Counted from the stretch's first letter, positions 40,547-51,400 are shown. The stretch is DNA of 64,000 nt from a candidate division WWE3 bacterium RAAC2_WWE3_1 (GCA_000503835.1 CP006914.1:657680-721679), one strand, 5' to 3'. Made by a program: numbers and translations. Notes: generated from the sequence alone by a model not told the origin.

Positions 40547-41350
40547 ATGTTCTTTGTGAAAAATAATTTCTTAAAAGTGTTGGGCATAGTATTTGTGCTT
40601 TCTCTTTCTATGACAACCACGACCGCCCCCTCTGTGTTTGCTGCTGAGGGTGGGGTGTGCTCGGGGTACACCTTACACAATACATGTGGCGGACAGAAAA
40701 CAGCGGATGGGCTCGAGTGCACTTGTGCGGTGGGGTACCGTTGTTTGGCCCCAAGCCTGTCTTGTTACTGCCAGAAAGATGATACGTGCGGTGTTGCCAC
40801 GGATATTTGTGATGCTGCCCACGAGGGTCAGTGCGGGGTTGCAGGGGGTTGTGGTAAAACAACAACAGTTTGTAAGAAGACGGTTGCAACCGTAAGCGGA
40901 GGCTCTCCGGTATATAACTACGACTGCGTATACGATTACTCTTCTCCGTGTGCATGCGTGTTGGGGCAAACATGCCCTGACGATGGTATCCACCAGTGTC
41001 TTCCTACCGGAGGTTGCTGGGCACCAACACCGACAAGTACAGGAGACTACACTTCAGGAGAATGGGTGTATAACGAACCTGAGTACAAAGGTCCTATAAT
41101 CACGGATATTGCCGGCCTTCTCGCCCCTGTTTTTAAAATCCTTTTCTACGCCGGCATTTTCATTGGAATATTAGGCATTATTTACTCAGGCTATCTGTTA
41201 ATCGCAAGCGAAGGCGACCCCGGAAGGGCAAAAGAAGGCAAAGATCAATTTACCGCAGCCATTTTAGGCACCCTTTTCGTGCTGTTGTCAGTATTAATAC
41301 TGCGGGTTATAATTAACAACATCCTGGGTGTTACCAACTCAGTATTGTAA
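40547..41350 (+). CDS. Cys-rich secreted domain fused to a VirB2/TrbC-like two-helix pilin module
   Basis: Signal peptide, about 130 aa with at least 20 Cys, then a C-terminal module (TM, SEGDPGRAKEGKDQ loop, TM, ...INNILG) that is paralogous to the three downstream small proteins. Confidence 0.5.
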   Translation: MFFVKNNFLKVLGIVFVLSLSMTTTTAPSVFAAEGGVCSGYTLHNTCGGQKTADGLECTCAVGYRCLAPSLSCYCQKDDTCGVATDICDAAHEGQCGVAGGCGKTTTVCKKTVATVSGGSPVYNYDCVYDYSSPCACVLGQTCPDDGIHQCLPTGGCWAPTPTSTGDYTSGEWVYNEPEYKGPIITDIAGLLAPVFKILFYAGIFIGILGIIYSGYLLIASEGDPGRAKEGKDQFTAAILGTLFVLLSVLILRVIINNILGVTNSVL

Positions 41351-41390
41351 CTGGTTTTTTTGAGGGAGGTGTAGAAACTAAATAATTAAT

Positions 41391-41717
41391 ATGAACTTAT
41401 TATCTTTGTTAGAATCAAAGGTTTACGCGGCTGCTGCTCCTGTCGATAAAATAGAAGGTATTCCGGTTAGTAGCGTTAACGAACTCGTTACAGTTATAAC
41501 AAACATCCTTATTATTGTTGGAGTAGCTGTTGTCGTAATCTTTTTGGCCATGGGGTTTATTAAGTACATTACTTCAGGAGGAGACAAGAACGCTGTAGAT
41601 TCCGCGCAGAAGACACTTACCTACGCGGTCATCGGAGGAGTCGGGCTGCTTATAGTTTATGGGTTAAGAACGCTGCTATTGAACTTGCTGAATGCCCAGT
41701 CTCTTGAGGGCTATTAA
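41391..41717 (+). CDS. VirB2/TrbC-like pilin paralog
   Basis: 108 aa. TM, TSGGDKNAVDSAQKT, TM, LLLNLLN. Confidence 0.5.
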   Translation: MNLLSLLESKVYAAAAPVDKIEGIPVSSVNELVTVITNILIIVGVAVVVIFLAMGFIKYITSGGDKNAVDSAQKTLTYAVIGGVGLLIVYGLRTLLLNLLNAQSLEGY

Positions 41718-41750
41718 CCACGGGGCCGCCGCTTTAGTTTGCTATTAAGT

Positions 41751-41771
41751 GGGCCCGGTAGGCCCGGGCCC
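41751..41771 (+). other. GC-rich perfect hairpin (GGGCCCGG-N-CCGGGCCC) between pilin paralogs
   Basis: GGGCCCGGTAGGCCCGGGCCC. No U-run follows. Possible intra-operon attenuator or RNA-processing/stability element. Confidence 0.35.
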
Positions 41772-41797
41772 CCGTTATAATTTAGGAGTTTATTCAT

Positions 41798-42109
41798 ATG
41801 AGACCTTTCGAGTGGCTGGAAAGTGCTGTATCCAGCGTACCTATAGCTGTAGAGACAAATAAAGGAACGAATTTAACCGGGCTGGCGGTTATGTTTGCGA
41901 ATGTTGCCGTAATCATAGGGTTTGGCGTATCTCTTATAGGGCTTGCCTACTCCTTTATCATTTATATTACAAGTGGGGGGGATCCTAAATCAGTACAGAG
42001 AGCTCAAAGGTCTGCGACATGGTCAATCCTAGGTCTACTAGTGAGCTTGGCTGCATGGGGTATAAAAACTGTGCTACTTAACCTCTTGAATGTTACTGAT
42101 ATTTATTAA
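41798..42109 (+). CDS. VirB2/TrbC-like pilin paralog
   Basis: 103 aa. TM, TSGGDPKSVQRAQRS, TM, VLLNLLN. Confidence 0.5.
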   Translation: MRPFEWLESAVSSVPIAVETNKGTNLTGLAVMFANVAVIIGFGVSLIGLAYSFIIYITSGGDPKSVQRAQRSATWSILGLLVSLAAWGIKTVLLNLLNVTDIY

Positions 42110-42121
42110 TATCTAATTTTT

Positions 42122-42601
42122 ATGCTAAATCTACTTATATTAAAAATCATTAAATTTACAAAAATATTTTTCGTTCCTGTTTTTTATATTTTTCTTTCCT
42201 ATATTTTTTCACCGGTATTGTTTGCGGCGAATTTTGATGAACCTACATTAGGCCAGGCAAGGCCACTTCTTGTCAGCATCATGAACTGGCTGGTGTTTCT
42301 TGTCGGAATAGTATTTGTTATTGTCGTGGTTTACGGTGCCTGGAAAGCTTCGACAGCAACAGGGGACCCCCGTGGCCTCGACTCTGCGAAGAGCACCTGG
42401 AGCTACGCCATTTTCGGGCTGTTAGTTGTAGCAGGGTTTTTTGCTCTCTACACAATCATTTCCGGGCTTTTTGGTTTCAAGATAGGCTTTACAGAAATTT
42501 TTGACGGAATTTTTGACGGTATTTCGGAGCTTACTCAGATAGCAATTCCCAGTCCTGCGCCGTTACCTCCCCCAAGTGAACCTCCGCAGCAACCGCAGTA
42601 A
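42122..42601 (+). CDS. VirB2/TrbC-like pilin paralog with Pro-rich C-terminal tail
   Basis: 159 aa. TM, TGDPRGLDSAKST, TM, then a PSPAPLPPPSEPPQQPQ tail. Confidence 0.45.
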   Translation: MLNLLILKIIKFTKIFFVPVFYIFLSYIFSPVLFAANFDEPTLGQARPLLVSIMNWLVFLVGIVFVIVVVYGAWKASTATGDPRGLDSAKSTWSYAIFGLLVVAGFFALYTIISGLFGFKIGFTEIFDGIFDGISELTQIAIPSPAPLPPPSEPPQQPQ

Positions 42602-42645
42602 AAAGCCTTGGAAGCCGTACTCGACGTTTTCCCGGTTCTGTGAGA

Positions 42646-43245
42646 TCAATAGAAAGATCTGTCCGGTGAATCCTGAAAGACTGAAGAAAAAACCTGTTTG
42701 AACTGACTGAGCGGCATTGGGTCGAAAGTTGCCACATAGTAAACTTGCCCGGAATATTCCTCGAATACCACAGCCACACCCTGTTGGGTATAAACGTGAA
42801 CGGTTCCCACACTGGAGTTTGAGAGATACATTACAGCGTCCGGTGTCCCTAACTTGTAATATTCTTTTAAACTGGTTACGTTTTTTTCCTGGTCAGTTGC
42901 CGCCGGTCTCATTACTCCCACCACTTTTGTTTCTTCATTAGTTATGACATCGACGGAACGGTAGGTGTCTTTATCCGTGTACCTGTTTATGGTAAATCCC
43001 TTCCCAATATTTTCCTGGCCAACTTTTTCGAGATTTTGGTGGGTTTCTTCTACGCTTGATATTGTGTCGCCGGGTGTTTGATCCAGGGGGTATGTCGTAA
43101 CGACGCTCTGCTCTCCGGTCGAAGTGGTAAATCCTGCCGGGGGAGTGCCTTCCTTTGGTTTTTCTGTGTTTGTAACTGCAAGCAATATAATCAGTGCGAC
43201 AGCCAAAATAATGTAGGGAGTGTATTTTTTAATCCGGTTTAACAT
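42646..43245 (-). CDS. membrane-anchored extracytoplasmic protein (immediately downstream of the giant zincin protein)
   Basis: Start chosen at MLNRIKKYTPYIILAVALIILLAV (signal-anchor). The ORF track's longer version overlaps the upstream gene. Confidence 0.45.
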   Translation of the reverse strand: MLNRIKKYTPYIILAVALIILLAVTNTEKPKEGTPPAGFTTSTGEQSVVTTYPLDQTPGDTISSVEETHQNLEKVGQENIGKGFTINRYTDKDTYRSVDVITNEETKVVGVMRPAATDQEKNVTSLKEYYKLGTPDAVMYLSNSSVGTVHVYTQQGVAVVFEEYSGQVYYVATFDPMPLSQFKQVFSSVFQDSPDRSFY

Positions 43246-43252
43246 ATTTTTA

Positions 43253-46200
43253 TTATCGTACAAATAATACTTCCTGAGCAAACCTTTGATGCACCGGGAA
43301 TTTATCCCAAAAGGCGTTGTAGTCGCCAAGAGGGTAAGTAAGTTTTGCTGTTGCCGAGCAGGAACCGAAAGTATTTATTGCTACCATGTCGCCGATAGTT
43401 TCGGCGAAATCCTCGCCGGTGCTGTTATTCGTGGTGCAGTTTCCGTCATACGTAGGTAATGTTTTTCCGCCCTCAAGTCCCTTTACGGAGTCAAATCCTC
43501 CAGGGAACCCCGGTACGGCGGTACTTGTGTTTAACCGCCAAAAATTATAAATGTGTCCCAATTCGTGAGCCAGGAGATAGCTTGTGGCATTTAACCTTGT
43601 GTAGTAGCTGGTGCATGTGTCGTTAAAAGTTATTATTCCGCTCCCCGAAGCGAATCCGCAGTACCCGCCTCCGCCGCTTACTCTGCTAAGCGTTATCTTT
43701 TTGTCATCCGAACAAAGAGTGCCCAAAAAAGTTCCTGTAATTCCCGAGATGTTCCACAAAGCGGCCTCAAAGTTTGCTCTTTCACCTCCGGGGAAGCCTT
43801 GAAATACAAAGCAATCCATGGGAACCGGAGGAGTCCCTATCCTTAAATATCTGGCGAAGGTAACCGTTTCTGCGGCGGTTCCCTGAAAGCTTGGGGTTTC
43901 CACCGAAAGCGTGTTTTTTAATAACGAGTTTTCAAAAGCGGTGCCTAGTGAAACCCCGTTAAGGGTTAGCGTGTAAGTTTCCCCCGCCGTGAACGCCCCA
44001 AGATTTTGATTGTCTGCGAGAGTCGCAACCGTCGTTTCCCCGTTCTTAGTTAGCTGAGTGACCACATCGGAAAACACGACTGAGGCTCCTTCGATGTCGA
44101 CCTTGGGAGTAATCCTTATCGTGTACGTTGCCGTTATTCCGGGTACGAGTTCGCCGTTATCCAGACTCTCCGTAGGGTTGAGTTTATTTGGTGTTCCACT
44201 GGCAAACGAAACCTCCACGTCCTTTTCAATTTTAATCAGTGCGTTTTCTCCTTGGGGAAGTCCGGCCCCCGTTCCTCCATACCCGCTATTGTCCCTGGTT
44301 GGGTCGATTGGAGATATAGAACTGAGGACAGTTCCGAACAATCCGTATACCAGAATATAGATTAGTATTAGCGGAATTCCTATAACATACATTGAAAACT
44401 TAACGACTTGCCCAATCTCTTTGTCTATTTGCGCTATTGCTTTGTTTATATCTCCCTGAGCCAATGCGCCCACAAAGTTTTGTCCGAATTCAACAACTTT
44501 TCTTGTTATGAAACGTACGAGGGGTTTTAAAACTTTTTCTATCAAATAATCCAAGACAACGGTGGCACCGCCGGTTGCTGCATGAAGGAATTTGGTCGCA
44601 AGTTCGGTTATTATAGTAGCAACTACTTCTGAGATTTTTTCTGCAACGATCGTTTTTATTTGTAGAACGGGACGGATAGCTTTTTGAAACAGGGCAAAGC
44701 CGAAGATTTTGTTTTGGAGTTTGTTCAGTCCTACCCCCAATCTCTGAATTGCACCGGAGAACTCCTTGGTTATCTTTAGAGACCCATAGAATTGGTTTTC
44801 TTTATTCAGACCATTGAAAAGTGCAAGGACGCGTTTTTGGGTGTCTGCGTCCATTGCCTGGAAATCGTCCCAAGAAATTCCAACAGATGCTCCGTTTGTT
44901 TTTAGCCATTCCTTAAAATCGTCGATTTGCTTTTGTACGATTTCTAGAAAATGATCGTCTTTGCTCCAAAAACCCGGTAGTTTTTCACCATAAATCTTTA
45001 CAAGCTTTCCATTTTTGTCCAGGACAGTGTCTGTGATTTTTCTTGCTGTTCCATCCGCTGTTTTCCCTCTAATCAAGTCCAGCAAATCGTCATCACTGAG
45101 GTGACTAACGTTTGATAGTGTGTTCCCTAAAGTTTCAACCGCTGCTAATTTTTTATCTCCAAGAAAGGTCGCTCCTATTTTATTACCGCCCTGAAATACT
45201 CCATCTTTATTGTCAAGTTCTACAGTAAATTTATGACGGAAGACATCATTAAAGCGTTTACTGTTTCTCAGTCCATCGGAAATGTAGTTATCGTCGATAA
45301 CTAGTCCAAAATATCCGACTTTGTTGAGAGTTTGTGTCGCAATCTCCCCCGGGGTATACCCGACCAGTTTCTTAGATAGCTTGTTCCAAACGTACCTCTC
45401 CATAAACTTTCCTTCTGTTACAGCGTCGTAAAATTCCTGTATAGCGTAAGAACCTCTATCTATCTCCAACCTGGAGGCCACCATTCGTGCTTTGTTCGCA
45501 AAAAACCCTTTGTAAACTTGTCCGTCCTTTTGGAAAAGCTGTTCCAAAGTTTCTCCGTTTAGATTTGGTTGTTTTGACAACTGCTCTAGCTCACTGAGAT
45601 AGGTGCCTATTTGAAACCTTTTATCAACACTTGTTAGTTTTCCGGGCAGTATGATGTCGCTTTCCATCTGTCTCAACAGACCGCGGTGAATACTCGTGTC
45701 GAACAAACCACCTCCGGTTAGTTCTTTTCCGTTCACAGTGATGTTCGCTATTTTGTTATATAACTGGCGGTCGTCTCCTGTGTACGTATTAAGAGCGTCT
45801 TGTACTTTACGTAGATACTCTTTATACATGTCAGTATGTTTCTGAAGTGCTGTTGCGGATGCCAGATCAATTTTCTTTACACGCTCAATAGTCTGGTCAA
45901 TCGAGTCGTCCCCGGTTGCTGCCAACCTATTAGAGATGTTTGTTTTTAAAGACGCCATTTTTGCTTCAAATCGCGTCTGAGTTCCTGTCGGACTTTCTTT
46001 GGAGTCCCAACGGGCTTCTTCGTCCGTGCTTCCGGAAATTCTCGCTTTGAGGGCACTTTTAAGTCCGAACCTACCTGATATAGCTCCGTCCATAACTATA
46101 TCCATATCGTTGGCCAGTTTGTTTTTTTCGGCTAATATTTTTACGGCATTTTGGAAGTTTTCCGCTTGTTTGGGGTCGGAATAGAGTTGCGAAAAGAGCT

Positions 46201-47074
46201 CTACACGGCTTTTGGATTTGGTCAGTGGATTTCCCTTGCTGTCGACTTTCTGGACTCCTGCCTCGTCGAGGTCGGGCACATTGTATTTTCCATTAAGCTC
46301 TGCTCCAATTCCTTTGGATAGAGATGATACAAAGCTGTCGAACTTGCCGTCCCTTTTCTGACCGGCCTGCATAACTTTTTGGACATCCACAACATTCTTA
46401 GCCATCGTTTCATAAATTTTTCCCACCCCGTCGACGTAGTCGGCTTCAGGAAAGTTGAAAAGTGCTCCACTGCTGTCCGGAGAACCTGCCATTGCCTTAG
46501 TTGCGGAGGTAATTGACACTCCTCCCTCTCTTCCCAGGGGGCTAACATCCTCTTGCAATCCCATCGCAACTCGCCACATACCCGATTTAACACGGGTGTC
46601 GTAGTCAGTTAAATCTACCGGCCACGCTTCAAGCCCCCAGCCTTTTTTCTGGAACCGTAGACCGGTGCCGGCCTTTATCCAGCTTTTCGCCGTTTTTTCC
46701 AACACCTTGCCGGGATCCTGCCATTCTGCCGGGTCGAGGGTCAGGCTGATGCTAGATACGCCCGGCATAACGTCTTGGTCGTAATCATCCATCTGCTCTA
46801 CCGGTATATCGCCAGGATTGTAAGTTGCTTTCAGATTGCTCTTAAAGTCATCAACATATCTATCTAAAAACCACTTAGGAAGATTTCCCGCGTCAAAAGA
46901 CATCTGATCCAACTGCTCCAGCCAGTAGTCGGCATTGTATTCATATTTTCCTAGGGGAACTCCGGGGGGCGGTCTATAAGCCCTTTGTCCTTGAGAATAC
47001 CCCGGAAAAAGCGGGTTGGTAGAGTCCCCCTCTTTTTGTGGTATGTACCCCGGAAATAGGGGATTGTTTGCCAT
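43253..47074 (-). CDS. giant (1273 aa) membrane-anchored protein with C-terminal HEXXH zincin-like domain
   Basis: No N-terminal signal peptide. NPLFPGY x2 at the N-terminus. Single TM about 870 aa in (YVIGIPLILIYILVYGLFGTVL). C-terminal about 370 aa with Ig-like segment and LLAHELGHIYNF...EDFAE (HEXXH plus downstream Glu). Confidence 0.6.
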   Translation of the reverse strand: MANNPLFPGYIPQKEGDSTNPLFPGYSQGQRAYRPPPGVPLGKYEYNADYWLEQLDQMSFDAGNLPKWFLDRYVDDFKSNLKATYNPGDIPVEQMDDYDQDVMPGVSSISLTLDPAEWQDPGKVLEKTAKSWIKAGTGLRFQKKGWGLEAWPVDLTDYDTRVKSGMWRVAMGLQEDVSPLGREGGVSITSATKAMAGSPDSSGALFNFPEADYVDGVGKIYETMAKNVVDVQKVMQAGQKRDGKFDSFVSSLSKGIGAELNGKYNVPDLDEAGVQKVDSKGNPLTKSKSRVELFSQLYSDPKQAENFQNAVKILAEKNKLANDMDIVMDGAISGRFGLKSALKARISGSTDEEARWDSKESPTGTQTRFEAKMASLKTNISNRLAATGDDSIDQTIERVKKIDLASATALQKHTDMYKEYLRKVQDALNTYTGDDRQLYNKIANITVNGKELTGGGLFDTSIHRGLLRQMESDIILPGKLTSVDKRFQIGTYLSELEQLSKQPNLNGETLEQLFQKDGQVYKGFFANKARMVASRLEIDRGSYAIQEFYDAVTEGKFMERYVWNKLSKKLVGYTPGEIATQTLNKVGYFGLVIDDNYISDGLRNSKRFNDVFRHKFTVELDNKDGVFQGGNKIGATFLGDKKLAAVETLGNTLSNVSHLSDDDLLDLIRGKTADGTARKITDTVLDKNGKLVKIYGEKLPGFWSKDDHFLEIVQKQIDDFKEWLKTNGASVGISWDDFQAMDADTQKRVLALFNGLNKENQFYGSLKITKEFSGAIQRLGVGLNKLQNKIFGFALFQKAIRPVLQIKTIVAEKISEVVATIITELATKFLHAATGGATVVLDYLIEKVLKPLVRFITRKVVEFGQNFVGALAQGDINKAIAQIDKEIGQVVKFSMYVIGIPLILIYILVYGLFGTVLSSISPIDPTRDNSGYGGTGAGLPQGENALIKIEKDVEVSFASGTPNKLNPTESLDNGELVPGITATYTIRITPKVDIEGASVVFSDVVTQLTKNGETTVATLADNQNLGAFTAGETYTLTLNGVSLGTAFENSLLKNTLSVETPSFQGTAAETVTFARYLRIGTPPVPMDCFVFQGFPGGERANFEAALWNISGITGTFLGTLCSDDKKITLSRVSGGGGYCGFASGSGIITFNDTCTSYYTRLNATSYLLAHELGHIYNFWRLNTSTAVPGFPGGFDSVKGLEGGKTLPTYDGNCTTNNSTGEDFAETIGDMVAINTFGSCSATAKLTYPLGDYNAFWDKFPVHQRFAQEVLFVR

Positions 47075-47131
47075 ATGATAGTATTCTATAATTAGGGGGA
47101 CAAAAAGGAAACCATCTATTTAAAGGAATTT

Positions 47132-48472
47132 ATGAGTAAAACAACGAAATTTTTATTACCCGTCGTCATTTTTTCAATCATATTTTCTCTTGTACAGGGA
47201 TCTGTTTTTGCCGCCGACCCGAAGTGCGAGGTTGAAAAAAGAATGTTCGATAAAAACCTTTTCAGCGACTTATTAGGAATTCCTCTAACTACAAAAGATT
47301 TTGTTACATCCGTGGCCACTTCGGCATATAGCACCGTCTCAGGATTTGGAATAACCGAGACCGTAAATTGCGGTAGCTATGTGGCCACCAAACTGAGTTT
47401 ACCTACAACAGGAGGCATCGGATACTTTTACGATTGCTCGGGGACCGACACAGCGGTGTGTGATCAAATGTTGAATTCCCAACCTTCCGGGGGTTCGGCA
47501 GGAACAACCAATTGGTTAGCTTCCTACTCACAAAGTCGGGTTGCAGGAACGTTGCTGGGCGCGGCTTACTTAACTGAAAATTTCACAATGAACGAACCTT
47601 TGCCCGCCAACCTTGCTTTTTATGTCAACGATACTTTATCAAGGGTTCCGATAGTTAACAAAACGTTTGCGGCAACACAGGACTACGGTCACGCTCTGCT
47701 TAATTCGATTTTGGGTACCTGGAAAGTATTCCGAAATCTTGCATATGCTTTGATGGCTATCATCCTTCTTTACACAGGAATAATTATTATCTTGAGAAGA
47801 AAAATCAGTTCTCAGCTGGTGGTCAGCGTTCAGTACGCTTTGCCCAGAATAATAATAGCCATAATACTAATCACATTCAGTTATCCGATTGGAGCTACCA
47901 TCGGAAGTTTGGGTTGGACTTTATTTAAAAGTAATTGGGCAATCGCAGAAAGCATTTTCAGGGACAGTTTTGCAGGAACCGCTATAGCAGGCACTATTGC
48001 GCAGGGAGGGGCTCTCAGACTTTGGGCAACCATGATTCCCTTGATTTCTTTAACAGGTACCGGACCTATATTTTTATTGGCGATAGTTGCGATTGTAATT
48101 ATATATTTGGTCGCCGGTCTGATATTTAACTTCAAAGCAATAATCATTTATATCAAGATAATACTTTCAATACTAACTGCCCCGCTGGAATTTGCACTGG
48201 GTGCCGTGCCCGGAAACGACGAAAAGATAAAAGGGTGGTTTATGAGAATGGCCAAATATACGCTCACGTTGTTCGCGATGGGTATTATTCTGCCTCTGGG
48301 AACGATCATCGCTATGTTCGTTGCTCTGGATTACGCTGTTGAAACTGCAGGTGTCGGAGTACTTTTATCGATGGCAATGCCGATTTTCATAATTCTCTAC
48401 TGTTTCGGAATAGGAATAGGAATGGAAAAGAGAATTGAAGAGTTTATGGGTACGGGTCAGAAGAAAAGATAA
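47132..48472 (+). CDS. VirB6/TrbL-like polytopic membrane protein
   Basis: Signal peptide, about 190-aa extracytoplasmic N-domain, then 5-6 TM helices. This topology is typical of VirB6. Embedded between two giant surface-protein genes. Confidence 0.45.
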   Translation: MSKTTKFLLPVVIFSIIFSLVQGSVFAADPKCEVEKRMFDKNLFSDLLGIPLTTKDFVTSVATSAYSTVSGFGITETVNCGSYVATKLSLPTTGGIGYFYDCSGTDTAVCDQMLNSQPSGGSAGTTNWLASYSQSRVAGTLLGAAYLTENFTMNEPLPANLAFYVNDTLSRVPIVNKTFAATQDYGHALLNSILGTWKVFRNLAYALMAIILLYTGIIIILRRKISSQLVVSVQYALPRIIIAIILITFSYPIGATIGSLGWTLFKSNWAIAESIFRDSFAGTAIAGTIAQGGALRLWATMIPLISLTGTGPIFLLAIVAIVIIYLVAGLIFNFKAIIIYIKIILSILTAPLEFALGAVPGNDEKIKGWFMRMAKYTLTLFAMGIILPLGTIIAMFVALDYAVETAGVGVLLSMAMPIFIILYCFGIGIGMEKRIEEFMGTGQKKR

Positions 48473-48487
48473 TCAGCGTTAGTTTGT

Positions 48488-51400
48488 TTAGTTCGGTAGT
48501 TGCGTTGCGCTGCCTCCTGCGTAGCACGAGCTCCACAGGATACCTTTTTCCGTCCAGTAACCTGCTAGTTCAGTATCAGCGTATGCCCCGACCCTATTTC
48601 CTCCAAATGCAAGATCCTTTATCGATTCGGAGGCTTGGGGCCATGTCAAATTTGCGCAACCTGAACCGGATAATTCTTTAGCCGCAGCGAACGTGGCATC
48701 AAGGAAGTTACATCTGGACGCGACAGCGCTTCTTCCGGCGGACAGGGCATCCAGTTCTGAGGAAATGTCCACTTTATCAAACCAAGTCTTTATCCAATCG
48801 TAAGGTCCTATAGCTGCAGTGTTTGTGTCGTCGCATTGGGACACCTTACCATACCAGGGAAAGCTGGCTTCAAAAAGAGCCTGTTCGCCTGCAGTTGAAA
48901 ACAGATATTGATACAAAGGTATGTCCGGTTTGTGCACAACTTTTAGATAGGTTATTATCGATGCTGCCGGTACCTGATATATACTTGCAGCCGCGTCCAC
49001 AATTAATCTGAAGGTGGGGGAGAGTGCTCCGATGCCGCTTCCAAAATTATTTGTGCACTCCTGTGTAGTGGAAAGTTGGCACGCGGGAACTAAGCTTTGC
49101 GCAAGCACATTTGGATCTATTATTTCAGGAATAGGCACCGGATTGAGGGGGCATAACCATCCTGTGCTGGAGCCTAGCTCGCTGTTAATACAGTGATAGT
49201 TTAAAGTATCTCCTCCGGAATAGGGATTAACGTATAGTGCGTGGGCAGATATCATTTTATATTCCGGAGCAGCCCCCCCGAATCCCATAATGTCTTTATT
49301 CTTATTCTCAGAAACATTGGTAGTGTCCTGACTTACCGATGTGTTAGCGGACATAAAAGCAAGATTTCCGTAAACTTTGTTTGTGAGGGGGTGAGAAAGC
49401 TTTTTCCACATTTCGTTATTTATTATTTTTGTGGAATCTAAGCCAACATCCGGAGTTGCTTCCCTGAAAGTTGATTGTGATGATCTAAAGTTGGAGTCTT
49501 TGGAAACGGAGGCGGCGCAGGTATACGGGCCTGCGTCCTGCAAGTTACATGCATGCCCCTTGTCGCTTTCATCCACCCTCTTTATTGCGCAGGAAGTATT
49601 TTCTTGGCCGACACAGTATTCCCTAGGTCCTATCTCACCGGGACAGTTGTAAACTACGCACCCTGAAGAAGGCATGGTGTTCAGACTTCCCCAATAGCTG
49701 TCGGAACTCTCAGCGGGGCAGGTGACGTTGGCGTCCAGATTGTAACCATAATTTTGACTCATACAGGAGAGATCCGGAGTTCCCCCACTCATGCAATCTA
49801 TGTTTTTTTCTATGCATTGTTGGATTAGTGTAGTGTCCCCTGTTGTCGGACATTGTTCTGTTTTAACTGATGGAGCGCAGCCATACTTTACGACGCTTCC
49901 ATTGACCACCTGGCAAGTGCAGGTTTCCACTTCCTGTACCGTCACACAGTTTTCAACCTTGCATGTTCTTGTAATTTCGCTCGGAGCTGGGGCATTCCAA
50001 CGTTCGTAACAGCTATCTCCGACACCTATCTCGTTCCAAGGGTAGCAGGCTGAATTTCCCCACTGGTCGCTGGATAAATTTGCTGTGGTAGGCAGTCCGA
50101 AAACATTCTCAAAATTCTCCTCGCTCAGGTCAAATCCTACCTGTATGTCGTCTCTTAAGTCTCCTGCGCCCGGGTCAAGGTTATAAGTACTGGTTCTGTC
50201 AAAATACGATTTGTTGTCCGACCCTAGACCGCTATTAATCGCCGCACCTATCCATGTGAGAAACAAGGTAATAGGATTATAGCTTCCCGAGCCGTGGGAT
50301 GACGTCAAAAGACTGTCGTATATATCCATTCTCTTTGTGACCTCGTTTGTAAGGTTCTCGTAGGCATACTCTCTGAATTTTGCGGCCGTTGTATAGAATA
50401 TGGTGGAGGTGGCTGTTCTTTTGCCTTTTGGGCTTAATTCTACGGTATCAAAATAATGGTCCTGGTTGCCTTTAAAATCATTATTCATATCCACAGTAGC
50501 TTCGTTTTGCGGTAAGAACACGTCGTTGTGGTTGTTAACATTGGAATTTTCGCAGAATGAGAGTAAGTTTGATCCCGCATCCTCTATTTTGATTGTTCCC
50601 TGGTCATAGAGCGCTTTATCTTCCAATGTTTCCCCCGGCCTTTGAAGGACGTAACTTAAACTATAGCTGGTTTTACTAAGCTCTGATGTAGCAATCCCCG
50701 CCATAATGGGTGTAAGTCCGTTGTTTCTGGATAGGGCGTAGTTATTATCCGAGTAGTATGTTCCTCCCTTTACGGGAACACCGCCCTTTTCTTGGTTTCT
50801 GGTAAACGTTTTTTGATTTACGCCGGCTCCGTAAAAAGTATCGTTTGTTCCTTCAAAGCTGTACCCAACCTTTGTTGATGTACCTTTATTTCCGAAAAAA
50901 TATGAAAATTCAGGATTCCAGTATGTTTTATCCAGAACAAACGTGCACCCTGCTTTACCGGGCGTGCAGTAGCTCCATGGGGGTTGTATGTCGCCTATTT
51001 TTATCTTTGTCCCGCCTTTTTGGCAAACGTATGTACCTTTTATACTGTCATCTAAAGTTGCTTCAGTCTCCGATAGTAAGATTGCAGGATTAGCCAAATT
51101 TCTGGCGGGCCCTGCGCTGTATTGTCTATTTCTATAATCTCCTTCAACTGTCGCACTTGCAGAATTGCATGATTTTAGTTCATCGCATTCGGGCAAAACA
51201 TCTTTGGTCGTATCGTTCCTTTCTCTTAGGTAAACGCTTCCTCTGCAGTTACTGAAAATTGTGTGCAGAAGCTGAGCAGGGGCGGTGGGGTTTTGCGAAT
51301 AATTTACGACATCCTGTCTGGCAGTAATGTCTTTAAAGAATAACAAGGAGTTTTTAATCGGAATATTAGGTAAAAAATTCATCCTGGTAAACAGGGCGTT

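Noticed and set aside
40608-40993. Three overlapping ORFs in other frames/strand across the Cys-rich pilin gene
   Set aside because: GC-rich codons of the Cys/Gly-rich domain keep alternative frames open. Only the frame with signal peptide plus pilin module is coherent.
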